Shown here: piece by piece, positions 49,706 to 59,842 of the stretch
Position numbering within the stretch: the stretch's first letter is position 1
Layout: every line of letters starts with the position of its first letter
NCBI GenBank assembly: GCA_964464735.1
Contig: CAYXKF010000001.1
Location: forward strand, 35,690 to 99,689
Direction of reading: 5' to 3'
DNA from: an uncultured Candidatus Saccharibacteria bacterium
Lineage (GTDB): Bacteria > Patescibacteriota > Minisyncoccia > Phycocordibacterales > UBA1006
Length of the DNA: 64,000 bases
The notes under the pieces: generated by a model
Told to the model about the DNA's origin: nothing
What the model saw: the letters and a program-made list of their open reading frames with translations, nothing else
The model's database searches: none
Translations under genes and position numbers: made by a program

Positions 49706-49713
49706 ATCTATTG

Positions 49714-50104
49714 TGGAGATGGAGGGTATCGAGCCCTCGTACATGCATGATAACCATGCAAATCTACGTGCGTGTTTTGTTTAGGTGCCTTTCGGCATTC
49801 CGCTGTATCTTGTCATTAAACAAACAAACAAGGCACAGTATGCTGCACTGATACGATGTTGCTTCGTGCAGAATAAGCAAAAAAGTACTTAGAAATTATC
49901 AAACACGGCCTGATATGTCTAAGTGCATATCAGCGTGCTCCAAGCGCTTAGGCTCGGGCGAAAGAAGCGAATCCAAAAAATGGAGACGCTACCGCAGTTT
50001 TAGATTTTGCACTAAAATGCTGTACGCGTATTTTGACGCGCGCGACGTACGCGAGCGGCACGCATTGCATGATTATGATCATCCATGGCATTCAATACAT
50101 CCCC
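49714..50104 (-). ncRNA. ssrA: transfer-messenger RNA
   Basis: 5' GGGGATG pairs with 3' CATCTCC-A (G3.U70 Ala determinant); T-arm GAGGG-CTCGATA-CCCTC; tag ORF AKSKTAVASPFFGFASFARA* at 50010-49948; downstream of smpB. Confidence 0.92.
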
Positions 50105-50191
50105 AAAATCTTTGTAGCGGAAATTTTTTAAGAACCCAGCGGTTCTCAATTACCATCCGGCAAGCCGGGGTGTTTTCCGTTAACTGTGTTA

Positions 50192-50632
50192 TCAAAGAAT
50201 TTCTTTGATTGAACGCTTGTCGGCCTTTTTCTTAAGGCTTTGGCGCTTATCAAAAAGCTTTTTCTTTTTTCCTAATCCGATGCGCAGTCGCATCCGATTA
50301 CGGTTTAAATATACCATTAAAGGTATAAGTGTCAACGATCCGCTTTTACGCTCGACTAACAATTTTTCAATTTCGCCTTTGTTTAGCAAGATTTTTCGCT
50401 TACGGTACGGCTGGTGCTTACTGGCCTTATTGTTTGGCTGATAAGGCGGAATAAACGATTCGGCGAGCCATGCTTCGCCCTGTTTAGAAATATGAATATG
50501 TGAACCCTCAAGCGACCCATGGCTGGCGCGCAGTGATTTTACCTCTGACCCGGTCAGCAAAAGCCCCGCTTCAACAGTGTCCTTGACATCATAAAACCGT
50601 TCGGCATTTTTGTTTTTTACCAATGGCTGCAT
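50192..50632 (-). CDS. smpB: SsrA-binding protein
   Basis: EAGLLLTGSEVKSLR, RKRKILLNKGEI, GKKKKLFDKR. Confidence 0.96.
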   Translation of the reverse strand: MQPLVKNKNAERFYDVKDTVEAGLLLTGSEVKSLRASHGSLEGSHIHISKQGEAWLAESFIPPYQPNNKASKHQPYRKRKILLNKGEIEKLLVERKSGSLTLIPLMVYLNRNRMRLRIGLGKKKKLFDKRQSLKKKADKRSIKEIL

Positions 50633-50718
50633 GGCAAGCATTGTAGCACGACATCTGCATCGCTCAAAAAACGGTTTTTTATTGCTTTTGCATTAAATAT
50701 CCCTATAATGCAGGTGAT

Positions 50719-52599
50719 ATGAAGCAAAAGGCTCCAAACCCTAAAAAAATATTGCGCCAATTTATGGCACATATTATATCGCTGGTGATTTTGATCATCT
50801 GCGTCGGGTTTTTATATGCGGGCCTAAGCTATAGCAAAAAAAAGCAGGCGACCGAAGCAATCAGCGTTTCGCAAGTGGCGCAACTCGTAAAAGAAGGGCA
50901 AGTAAAAGCCATGACCCTTCGTGGCGAAAAAATTGAACTAGCATTGCAAGACGGCACCAAAAAGACTGCTAAAAAAGAAAACGACGCATCGCTGTCAGAA
51001 ACATTGGTTGCGTACGGTGTAACGCCAACGCAATTACAGGTGGTTGATTTTGAAATTCAAAACGATCGTGGGTTTGGATATATCTTTTTAAATATCTTGC
51101 CCATCCTGGCGCCTATTTTATTTTTTGTGATTTTGATTTGGTTTTTGTCGGGCCAAATGAAAGGTGGTGGCATGAAGGCCTTTAGTTTTGGGCAGTCTCG
51201 CGCACGCGTAACTGACCCCGATAAGCAAAACGTTACCTTTGATGACGTTGCCGGAAACGAAGTTGCAAAAATCGAACTTGCCGAAGTCGTCGACTTTTTA
51301 AAGAATCCAAAAAAATTCTTAGACATTGGTGCCACAATTCCTAAGGGCGTATTGTTAATGGGTGCACCCGGAACGGGCAAGACATTACTTGCGCGTGCGG
51401 TTGCAGGCGAAGCAAAGGTGCCTTTTTTTCACTTGTCGGGATCCGAATTTGTCGAAATGTTTGTTGGCGTGGGTGCGTCGCGTGTACGTGATTTGTTTGA
51501 CCAAGCAAAAGCAAATGCCCCGGCAATTATCTTTATCGACGAAATTGATGCCGTAGGGCGTCATCGTGGTGTTGGTATTGGCGGCGGAAACGATGAGCGC
51601 GAGCAAACCTTAAATCAAATTTTAGTCGAGATGGATGGCTTTGAACCGACCGAAAAAATTATCGTGATTGCTGCAACAAACCGAAGCGACGTACTTGACC
51701 CGGCATTGCTTCGCCCAGGGCGATTTGACCGTCGCGTCATTTTAGATTTGCCTGACCGCAAAGAACGCTTGGCGATTTTGCAGGTGCATGCACGCAAAAA
51801 GCAGTTAGGCGAAGATATTAACCTTGAAGTTATTGCCGAACGCACGCCAGGATTTTCGGGTGCCGACTTGCAATCGCTAATGAATGAGGCTGCAATATTT
51901 GCCGCACGCGAAAACCGTAAAAAAATAGCACAATATGATATTATTCGTTCAATCGAAAAAGTGATGATCGGCCCTGAACGCAAATCGCATTTGCATAGCG
52001 AAAAAGAACGACGTATTGTTGCATACCACGAAGCAGGCCATGCCATTTTGGCGTCATTGCTTGAACATGCCGATCCGGTGCACAAAGTATCAATTGTTGC
52101 GCGTGGATACACGGGAGGGTTTACGATGAAGCTTCCAATCGAGGAACGCAAATTGCAATCGAAAAATGAATTTTTGGATGATATTGTCGTTTCGATGGGT
52201 GGCTATGTTGCCGAAAAAGCAGTGTTTGGCGATATTACAACCGGACCTTCAAACGACTTACAGGTTGCATCGCGCATGGCATACAGTATGGTGACCCGTT
52301 GGGGTATGTCTGACAAAATTGGGCCAATTGCGCTTGAGGCCGCCGACGGCAGTTCACTGTCCGAACATGGTTCGGCATTTAGTAACCACACAGGTACGCT
52401 TATCGCCGAAGAAGTTTCAAAAATCATTCATGAATCTTTGGCACGCGCACAGCAGCTAGTGCAAGATAATCGTGCAGTTTTGGATGCTGTTGCTGATACT
52501 TTGCTTGAGAAAGAAACTATCGAACAAGACGAATACAACGCCCTTATTGAACGCTTTGGCATTATTGCTAAAAAGCGCAGTGAAGAAACAAAAACTTAG
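50719..52599 (+). CDS. ftsH: ATP-dependent zinc metalloprotease FtsH
   Basis: 2 [26 protein letters not shown]. Confidence 0.98.
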   Translation: MKQKAPNPKKILRQFMAHIISLVILIICVGFLYAGLSYSKKKQATEAISVSQVAQLVKEGQVKAMTLRGEKIELALQDGTKKTAKKENDASLSETLVAYGVTPTQLQVVDFEIQNDRGFGYIFLNILPILAPILFFVILIWFLSGQMKGGGMKAFSFGQSRARVTDPDKQNVTFDDVAGNEVAKIELAEVVDFLKNPKKFLDIGATIPKGVLLMGAPGTGKTLLARAVAGEAKVPFFHLSGSEFVEMFVGVGASRVRDLFDQAKANAPAIIFIDEIDAVGRHRGVGIGGGNDEREQTLNQILVEMDGFEPTEKIIVIAATNRSDVLDPALLRPGRFDRRVILDLPDRKERLAILQVHARKKQLGEDINLEVIAERTPGFSGADLQSLMNEAAIFAARENRKKIAQYDIIRSIEKVMIGPERKSHLHSEKERRIVAYHEAGHAILASLLEHADPVHKVSIVARGYTGGFTMKLPIEERKLQSKNEFLDDIVVSMGGYVAEKAVFGDITTGPSNDLQVASRMAYSMVTRWGMSDKIGPIALEAADGSSLSEHGSAFSNHTGTLIAEEVSKIIHESLARAQQLVQDNRAVLDAVADTLLEKETIEQDEYNALIERFGIIAKKRSEETKT

Positions 52600-52604
52600 C
52601 ACGT

Positions 52605-53213
52605 ATGATTGCACGCATGCTTTCTCCAATTACGTCGTTATGCAAAACGATCTGGGGAGTGTGCCGTTTTAACCGCGCGCCAAAGCGCTGTATTCCAGAC
52701 GGAGACTGCATTGTTTCGCCCGCGATGGGAAAGGTGGTTGCTATTCATTTACTTACCAGTACTGACCTAACTTTTTTTAAGCATGACATCCGAAATTGCA
52801 TTTCGGTTGATGGCGTTACGTTGCCGGCGCATGTCATTATCATCGAGCTAACGCTTCGCGATGTGCATGTGCAGCGCGCCCCGATTGACGCAACGATAAT
52901 GCATATAGAACATTTTACAGGAAAGCATCACAGTGCCGTTAATAAACATACGATGGATGGCTTGGTAAATACGAACGAAAAAGTTTTTACGCTATTTAAA
53001 AATGATACCGAAACCATAGGTGTCATTCAGGTGGCGGGTTTGGCTGCGCGGCGTATCCGTTCAAATGTTGATGTTGGGCAAAAAATACAAAAAGGCGAAG
53101 TCTTTGGAAATATTATTTTGGGTTCGCAGGTTATTTTGATTATCCCACAAATACATACCCTTAAGGTTGCGGTAGGAGATTTGCTTATTGATGGTGAGAC
53201 GGTTATTGCGTAG
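52605..53213 (+). CDS. psd: phosphatidylserine decarboxylase-like proenzyme
   Basis: VSPAMGKV, DVHVQRAP, NEK, QVAG.AARRI, LGS cleavage motif (ILGSQV), GETVIA. Confidence 0.85.
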   Translation: MIARMLSPITSLCKTIWGVCRFNRAPKRCIPDGDCIVSPAMGKVVAIHLLTSTDLTFFKHDIRNCISVDGVTLPAHVIIIELTLRDVHVQRAPIDATIMHIEHFTGKHHSAVNKHTMDGLVNTNEKVFTLFKNDTETIGVIQVAGLAARRIRSNVDVGQKIQKGEVFGNIILGSQVILIIPQIHTLKVAVGDLLIDGETVIA

Positions 53214-53263
53214 CGTTTGCTTTTTTGTTCTCCTGGGCGTAAAATCCCCAAAAACGAATAGCT

Positions 53264-53584
53264 ATGCATAATACAGAAAACCTTACCGTTTCGAATATCA
53301 GTATGATGCTCGAAATACCTGGCAGTGTCACCTTCAGGAATGTGATTAATTTATTTGCCTTGCTTAAAAAACCATTTCAGGTTGCAACTAAGAGTTTTGT
53401 TGAGGCTCAACAAAATGAGGAAAAAAGATTAATCATTGACGAAAAGCTTGATAATCATTCTTTCCGCAGCACTATTAAAAAACTTGTTGATGAATACACA
53501 AAACAGCAAATTCAATTCCAGCAACTTATACATACCATTTACGTGCATGTGCAAGATTTACAAAAATGCATTATGCAAGCATAA
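53264..53584 (+). CDS. orphan hypothetical protein
   Basis: 106 aa AT-rich ORF with TTGCTT-17-TAAAAT upstream (53217-53245). Confidence 0.5.
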   Translation: MHNTENLTVSNISMMLEIPGSVTFRNVINLFALLKKPFQVATKSFVEAQQNEEKRLIIDEKLDNHSFRSTIKKLVDEYTKQQIQFQQLIHTIYVHVQDLQKCIMQA

Positions 53585-53591
53585 AATACAA

Positions 53592-53750
53592 ATGCTTCGA
53601 CTATTGTTGGTAATTTGCAAAGAGTTTAATGACGAAGACGGATGGGTTTCAGGTATTTTTCAGATAATATCAATAATCTGTTGGATATCGTTTTACTTGT
53701 TTTGGTTCGCTCAAATACTATCTGCCGGGGGTGATATTCCTCGCAGGTAA
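53592..53750 (+). CDS. putative 52-aa single-TM microprotein
   Basis: ATG 7 nt after the previous stop; GIFQIISIICWISFYLFWFAQIL; followed by a terminator. Confidence 0.4.
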   Translation: MLRLLLVICKEFNDEDGWVSGIFQIISIICWISFYLFWFAQILSAGGDIPRR

Positions 53751-53761
53751 AAACTTTTTCT

Positions 53762-53788
53762 GGCGCCTATTACAGGGCGCCTTTTTTA
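53762..53788 (+). terminator. intrinsic terminator
   Basis: GGCGCC-TATTACAG-GGCGCC-TTTTTTT. Confidence 0.7.
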
Positions 53789-53849
53789 ATGCATTTTTTA
53801 TCTTCTGGCAAGGGTTTTCAATATTAATACTTTCAAGTACAATCCAATC

Positions 53850-55109
53850 ATGTCATTCTTAGCCGATACTGATCCCCAAATTGCACAAGCGCTTGAAGGC
53901 GAGACTAAGCGCCAAAGCGAAGGGCTTGAGCTTATTCCATCTGAAAACTATGTATCGAAAGCCGTGCTACAAGCAATGGGCTCGGTTTTTACCAACAAAT
54001 ATTCCGAAGGATACCCCGGCCGACGCTACTATGGTGGGCAAGAATTTACCGACGAAGTCGAGCGCCTAGCGATCGAACGTATTTGCAAACTTTTTAACTG
54101 TAAGTTCGCCAATGTGCAGGCGCATTCGGGCGCTCCGGCAAACTTGGCGGTGTATAGTGCGCTACTTGAACCAGGCGACACCGTGCTTGGCATGGATCTT
54201 TCGCACGGCGGGCACTTGACGCATGGTCACCCAATGACGCTGCCGGCAAAGATCTATAAGTTCATAACGTATAAAATGAAAGATCCCGATACGGGCGAGA
54301 TCGACTACGATCACTTACGGGCGATGGCGCTTGAACACAAGCCTAAAATTATTTTGGCAGGATTTAGTGCGTACCCGCGAACGCTTGATTATAGAAAGTT
54401 CGTCGAAATTGCACACGAAGTCGGCGCAATTACCGTGGCAGACATGGCGCACATTGCAGGACTGATTGCCGGCAAAGCGCTTGAAAATCCGTTTGATTAT
54501 GATTTTGATATTATTACTTCGACAACTCACAAAACGCTTCGCGGTCCGCGTGGGGGAATTATTTTGACGCGCGAAAGCGAAGAGATTGCAAAAAAAATAG
54601 ACAAGGCGATTTTCCCTGGCATCCAAGGCGGTCCGCACATGCATGTTATTGCCGCAAAGGCAGTTGCGTTTTTAGAAGCATCGACACCGGCGTTTCAAAA
54701 TTATGCACGCCAGGTTCTTAAAAATGCAAAAGCAATGGAAGAGGTGTTCCGCCGTGAAAACGTGCGCATGATCGGCGGGGGAACCGACAACCATTTGCTG
54801 CTTGTTGATGTGTTTGGATCGCTTGGGGTTACTGGTAAAGAAGCACAGACTGTCTTGGATGAAGTTGGTATTACGCTTAACATGAACTCGATTGCAAACG
54901 ATACCCGTAAGCCGCTTGACCCGTCGGGAATCCGATTGGGAACCCCGGCTATTACCACCCGCGGATTTATAGAAGCTGACTGCGCACGCGTCGCTGAACT
55001 GATCATCGAGACGTTGAAGAATAAAGATGACGCCGAGGTGAAAGTAAAGATCCACAGCGAAGTAAAAGAAATGGCAAAAGCGCATCCTGTTCCGGATAGT
55101 TTTGTATGA
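53850..55109 (+). CDS. glyA: serine hydroxymethyltransferase
   Basis: LIPSENY, NKYSEGYPGRRYYGG, STTHKTLRGPRGG, SGIRLGTPAITTRG. Confidence 0.98.
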   Translation: MSFLADTDPQIAQALEGETKRQSEGLELIPSENYVSKAVLQAMGSVFTNKYSEGYPGRRYYGGQEFTDEVERLAIERICKLFNCKFANVQAHSGAPANLAVYSALLEPGDTVLGMDLSHGGHLTHGHPMTLPAKIYKFITYKMKDPDTGEIDYDHLRAMALEHKPKIILAGFSAYPRTLDYRKFVEIAHEVGAITVADMAHIAGLIAGKALENPFDYDFDIITSTTHKTLRGPRGGIILTRESEEIAKKIDKAIFPGIQGGPHMHVIAAKAVAFLEASTPAFQNYARQVLKNAKAMEEVFRRENVRMIGGGTDNHLLLVDVFGSLGVTGKEAQTVLDEVGITLNMNSIANDTRKPLDPSGIRLGTPAITTRGFIEADCARVAELIIETLKNKDDAEVKVKIHSEVKEMAKAHPVPDSFV

Positions 55110-55690
55110 GTACTCCCTTAGAAAAGTTTAGTGCAATAGTAAAAGAAAATTTTTCTCGTGAAGATTTTGCATATCACGAGTGGATGAACGAATATCATTT
55201 AAATATTGTGCATCGTATTGCCCTGGAGCTTTGCGATAAGTATCCACAAGCCGACAGAAACGTTGTCGAGGCCTTGGTATGGTTTCATGACTTCGGAAAG
55301 CCGCTTGACGAGAAAAACGAAAAAGCTGTTACTATTGAAAAAGGTACAGCTTGTATGCGCGAATGTGGTTTTGAGGGTCTATTTATTTCACGAGTAGTTG
55401 AATATTGGAATTTGATGGAGCAAAAGAATGAAATTGATATTGCTACAACGCCAATTGAAGTACAAATTATTTCATCGGCGGATGGTGCTTCGCATTTTAC
55501 TGGAGTATTTTATCCAAGCTATTTTGGCGATGGCCTTTCTTTTAAGCAAACCCAAGAAGAATTGCGGGTAAAAATCGACAAAGACTGGAATCGCAAGATC
55601 GTACTCCCTGAAGCAAAGGCAGCATTTAAAAAATATTATGAGCGGGCACTGGAAATGCTTGGCCAATTTCCGGATAAATTTATACAATAA
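55106..55690 (+). CDS. HD-domain protein
   Basis: H..V, WFHDFGK, SAD. Confidence 0.8.
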   Translation: MSTPLEKFSAIVKENFSREDFAYHEWMNEYHLNIVHRIALELCDKYPQADRNVVEALVWFHDFGKPLDEKNEKAVTIEKGTACMRECGFEGLFISRVVEYWNLMEQKNEIDIATTPIEVQIISSADGASHFTGVFYPSYFGDGLSFKQTQEELRVKIDKDWNRKIVLPEAKAAFKKYYERALEMLGQFPDKFIQ

Positions 55691-55695
55691 AGCAT

Positions 55696-56376
55696 ATGGC
55701 ACGAGGCAAACTAATTGTATTTGATGGCAATGATGGATCTGGCAAGCAGACCCAGATGCTTAAGATTGTTGAGCGGCTAGAAAAAGAAGGGCACAAAGTC
55801 CGCACTTTGGACTTTCCTCAGTATGATAATAACTTCTTTGGACACTTGATTGGCGAAGGACAAACGGGTGCGTTTGGCAAATGGACCGAACTTCCGTCAA
55901 AGTTAATTTCGATTACCTATGCTGCCGACAGGTTTGAAAGCAAAGACCAAATTGAATCATGGTTAAGCCAGGGTTATACTGTGTTTCTTGATCGCTACGT
56001 TTCGGCAAACCAAATTCATCAGGGCGGAAAAATTCATGATGTGTTAGAGCGCCGTGACTTTTTAGGCTGGCTTTCAAAAATGGAATACGAGGTGTTTAAG
56101 ATTCCTAAGCCAAGCCACACGTTTTATTTTGACGTATCAATCAATACTTCTTTTGAAAACCTCAAAAAGAAAAAGCCCGAACGGTATAAAGCGGGACAAG
56201 AAGACCAGACCGAAAACGACCGCACCTACTTAGAAAACTCACGCGAATGTGCGCTATGGATGGCATCGCAAAATAATACCTGGACGCTTATTAATTGTAT
56301 GGACGAGGAATCAATGCGCAGTATCGAAGATATCCACGAAGAGGTGTATGAAAACTTAACAAAAAACCTGCTGTAA
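55696..56376 (+). CDS. tmk: thymidylate kinase
   Basis: DGNDGSGKQTQ P-loop, YAADR, LDRYVSAN. Confidence 0.9.
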   Translation: MARGKLIVFDGNDGSGKQTQMLKIVERLEKEGHKVRTLDFPQYDNNFFGHLIGEGQTGAFGKWTELPSKLISITYAADRFESKDQIESWLSQGYTVFLDRYVSANQIHQGGKIHDVLERRDFLGWLSKMEYEVFKIPKPSHTFYFDVSINTSFENLKKKKPERYKAGQEDQTENDRTYLENSRECALWMASQNNTWTLINCMDEESMRSIEDIHEEVYENLTKNLL

Positions 56377-56392
56377 AAAGCAGGTTTTTTGT
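56364..56392. terminator. bidirectional terminator overlapping the tmk stop
   Basis: AAAAACCTGCT-GTAAA-AGCAGGTTTTT. Confidence 0.75.
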
Positions 56393-56398
56393 TTGCTG

Positions 56399-56471
56399 TG
56401 GGTGTGCATGGACTCGAACCATGGACCACCGAGGTATAAGCTCGGCGCTCTACCAACTGAGCTACACACCC
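56399..56471 (-). tRNA. tRNA-Ile (TAT)
   Basis: Minus strand GGGTGTG..CCGAG-CTTATAC-CTCGG..GGTTCGAGTCC..CACACCC-A. Confidence 0.92.
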
Positions 56472-56501
56472 AACGGCTTAAAATCTAGCATAAAATGATT
56501 A

Positions 56502-58670
56502 TTACTCAAAATGCACTTTGTGCTTTTGTTTTTCGATATGTTTTTTAAGCTCGGGATACTGTTTTAACTCGATATCGTTTTCAGCAATTGCTTTTGCGGC
56601 GTCGCGGGCTGCTTGCACCAGCTTTAAATTTTTTAAGGCTTCCATGCCGGTGTCGGTAAGACCGGATTGTTCGGCGCCAACCAAGTCGCCGGCGCCGCGT
56701 AGGCTTAAATCAAGTTCGGCAAGTTCGAAACCGTTTTTTGCAGTTACGAACGCACGTAACCGATCTTTTGATTTATCCGAATTTGCTTCGGTAAACAAAT
56801 AGCAATACGGCTGATGACTACTTCTCATTACACGTCCACGCAATTGGTGCAGCTGCGATAATCCAAAGCGTTCACTTCCTTCGATAATAATTGCCGTAGC
56901 GTTGGGTACGTTAACACCTACTTCGACAACCGATGTCGAAACTAATATTTGTGTTTTGCCACTGTAAAAATCGTTTAAGACCGACTCTTTTTTCTTTGCA
57001 AGCATTTTGCTGTGCATGACATCTATGCTGAATTCGGGAAAGATATTTTTTTTCAGATGTGCGGCTTCTGCAGTGACCGATTTTGCGATCAGCGCCTTCG
57101 CGCTATCTGGATCTGGTGCATCGATGCGCGGACAAATTACATATGCTTGACGACCTTCATTAATAAGGCTGCGAATATGTTCATATACCTCACTGCGTTT
57201 GTCTGGAGTTACCACGGTCGTTTGAACAGCTTTTCGTCCCGGTGGAAGTTCGTCTAAAATCGTTAGGTCAAGATCACCATACATGGTTAGTGCAAGCGTA
57301 CGAGGAATCGGCGTCGCGGTCATTGATAAAAAATGGGGCACTAGCTTGCTTCGCTTTGCTAAGGCCATACGTTGTGCCGTTCCAAAGCGATGCTGCTCGT
57401 CAACGATTGCCAGTGCCAAATGTTTAAACTCAAGCGTTTTTGCGATAAGCGCATGAGTACCCACGACAATGGGAATCTCGCCATTTGCAATCCATTTTTT
57501 TAATTGCGCACGCGAAATGTCTGTCCATGTTTTTCCATACACTTTGCTGGGAAACTTACGACATGACTTACCGGTAATTAAGCCAACCTGCATGCCGTAG
57601 TCTTTAAAAAACTTAATAAAGTTTTCAAACAATTGCGTTGCCAAGACTTCGGTCGGTGCCATAATGGCAACTTGCAATGTCCCAAAGTTTTGCCCTTTAG
57701 GACGCGTTTCGACAGCTGCTTTTGATGCCAGTGCGGCGATAAGTGTTTTACCCGATCCGACGTCGCCTTCAAGCAAGCGCATCATCGGGGCGCCCGATGC
57801 CATATCTTTGGTAATTTCGCCAATGGCTTTTTCTTGGCCCTTAGTTAAGTTAAAGCCCAAGTCAGCCGCGTGTTCTTTCAGGTCACTCATTTTCGAAGCG
57901 ATGATAAAGCTTTCTTCTTGCCGATATTTTTCACGTTCAATTGCACGGCCCAATTGCACGCTAAACATATTTTCAAATGCAAAGCGCTTTTTGGCCGCTT
58001 CGGCGTGTTTTTGGTTTTTGGGCGCATGCATCCAAACAATCGCACTTTGGCGGTTGGGAAGGCTGTATGTTTTTAGTAATTCGTCAGGCAAAATTTCGGG
58101 CACCTGTTCGTGCAATTTGTTTCGCAGTAACCGGGTAATCGAATGTTGCAGCCATGCCGACGTAACACCCTTGGTTTCGCTGTAGCGCGGATAGGCAAAC
58201 AGTTCGTCGCCGGTTTCGCTGTCGTGAAAAAGGGATTCTTTGTGCGCGTCGATCGGAAGCGCGGGAATCTTTTCGATACTTGGGTTAGTGATCGACCGCT
58301 TGCCGTTATATACGCTTACGATGCCATGCAAGTGCACGGGCGTGCCTTCAGTATATGTTTTTCCAATATACGGCTGATGAAACCAAATTAAGTCGATCGT
58401 ATCGCCCGCAATATCGACAAGCTTTGCGCTGGTAATCGGTGTTTTTGATTTGTATGTTTTTTTAACCTCGACGTCGGTAATGGTGCCAAATAAGGTTGCA
58501 TCTTCGCCTTCGGTTAAATTGATGATGCTTGTTGCTTGTGTAAACGAAGTGTAGCGAACCGGCGGATATAGCAAAAGATCTTCAAGCGTCTCGAGCCGAA
58601 GTTTTTTTAAGCCCACCTTTTGAGCAGGTGTCAATCGAAAGGTAGACTCAATTTTATCACTGATATGCAT
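56502..58670 (-). CDS. recG: ATP-dependent DNA helicase RecG
   Basis: GDVGSGKT, DEQHRFG, MTATPIPRTL, ERFGLSQLHQLRGRV, DLSLRG.G. Confidence 0.97.
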   Translation of the reverse strand: MHISDKIESTFRLTPAQKVGLKKLRLETLEDLLLYPPVRYTSFTQATSIINLTEGEDATLFGTITDVEVKKTYKSKTPITSAKLVDIAGDTIDLIWFHQPYIGKTYTEGTPVHLHGIVSVYNGKRSITNPSIEKIPALPIDAHKESLFHDSETGDELFAYPRYSETKGVTSAWLQHSITRLLRNKLHEQVPEILPDELLKTYSLPNRQSAIVWMHAPKNQKHAEAAKKRFAFENMFSVQLGRAIEREKYRQEESFIIASKMSDLKEHAADLGFNLTKGQEKAIGEITKDMASGAPMMRLLEGDVGSGKTLIAALASKAAVETRPKGQNFGTLQVAIMAPTEVLATQLFENFIKFFKDYGMQVGLITGKSCRKFPSKVYGKTWTDISRAQLKKWIANGEIPIVVGTHALIAKTLEFKHLALAIVDEQHRFGTAQRMALAKRSKLVPHFLSMTATPIPRTLALTMYGDLDLTILDELPPGRKAVQTTVVTPDKRSEVYEHIRSLINEGRQAYVICPRIDAPDPDSAKALIAKSVTAEAAHLKKNIFPEFSIDVMHSKMLAKKKESVLNDFYSGKTQILVSTSVVEVGVNVPNATAIIIEGSERFGLSQLHQLRGRVMRSSHQPYCYLFTEANSDKSKDRLRAFVTAKNGFELAELDLSLRGAGDLVGAEQSGLTDTGMEALKNLKLVQAARDAAKAIAENDIELKQYPELKKHIEKQKHKVHFE

Positions 58671-58781
58671 GGTGGGTATTGTAACACACTTGTTTTGCCC
58701 TCCGGTTTGGCAGGTAGTTTTAAGGCTGTGGTATACTGTGAAGTAGAGTCGAAATTAAAGAGGCTTAAGATTTTTAATTAT

Positions 58782-59150
58782 ATGACTATGCATGTAGATA
58801 TTTATGCAAAAGGTGTCGAATTAAACGATACGCTTCGCGATTATGTAACCAACAGGATGACGCATGTCCAAAAATATACCAATCAGGACAGTGAAATGCA
58901 TGCGTATGTTGAAATCAAAAAAAGTTCGACCCATCATAAGTCGGCAGTCGATTTGTATCATGCCTCGTGCCGTTTGGTTATTGACGGGCACGAATACTAC
59001 GCCGAGACTTCAGATGGTGATATGTACGCCGCAATCGATGCGCTTCAAGAGCATGTATATCGAGAAGTCCGCGATCAAAAAGGAAAGCGCGAATCAATGT
59101 TTCGAAAAGGGCACCGTATGATTAGGAAATTATTTAAAAAAGGATCATAA
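58782..59150 (+). CDS. hpf: ribosome hibernation factor (HPF/RaiA)
   Basis: ELNDTLRDYV..R, THHK, DMYAAID. Confidence 0.85.
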   Translation: MTMHVDIYAKGVELNDTLRDYVTNRMTHVQKYTNQDSEMHAYVEIKKSSTHHKSAVDLYHASCRLVIDGHEYYAETSDGDMYAAIDALQEHVYREVRDQKGKRESMFRKGHRMIRKLFKKGS

Positions 59151-59158
59151 TATCATTT

Positions 59159-59839
59159 ATGAAATACATCATTGCAATTATTATTTTGGCGATTATCATT
59201 GTCGCAGCGTTATTTATTATTAAAAAAACACCTTCGCCGGGCTTGGGGCAACAAGTTGGTGCCTCGGATACTTATTCGAACCAGCAAGCTCAAGATATCA
59301 GCGCGTCGGCGTCAACACTAGCACAATCATCTATGCAAGAACCAGCAGCAAAAACTTATATTGCCACAATGGATACCTCGATGGGTACTATTGTGCTACA
59401 GCTTGATCCATCACATGCGCCAAATACGGTTGCCAACTTTGTAAAACTCGCTAAAAGCGGATTTTACGACGGTACGCGCTTTCACCGTGTGATTGAAGGC
59501 TTTATGATCCAGGGTGGCGACCCACAGTCAAAAGACATTGCAACTCGCCAATATTGGGGAACCGGCGGCCCTGATTATCGATTTGATGACGAACTAACCG
59601 GCAAAGAAACCTATCCACAAGGGACGCTTGCGATGGCAAATGCCGGCCCTAACACTAATGGTTCACAATTTTTTATTGTAACTGCAAACCCAGCGCCGCT
59701 TCCGCCAAGTTATACGGTGTTTGGTAAAGTAACTTCGGGTATGGATGTTGCATTGGCAATTGAAAAAGTGCAAACCAATCAGCGCGACATGCCGCTTGAG
59801 GATGTGATTGTGAATTCGGTGACTATTTCTGAAAAGTAG
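59159..59839 (+). CDS. membrane-anchored cyclophilin-type PPIase
   Basis: FYDGTRFHRVIEGFMIQGGDP, LAMANAGPNTNGSQFFI. Confidence 0.95.
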   Translation: MKYIIAIIILAIIIVAALFIIKKTPSPGLGQQVGASDTYSNQQAQDISASASTLAQSSMQEPAAKTYIATMDTSMGTIVLQLDPSHAPNTVANFVKLAKSGFYDGTRFHRVIEGFMIQGGDPQSKDIATRQYWGTGGPDYRFDDELTGKETYPQGTLAMANAGPNTNGSQFFIVTANPAPLPPSYTVFGKVTSGMDVALAIEKVQTNQRDMPLEDVIVNSVTISEK

Positions 59840-59842
59840 CCT

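Noticed and set aside
49562-50208. ORFs 49562..49744 and 49915..50208
   Set aside because: They overlap the tmRNA and its terminator and have no protein-like features.
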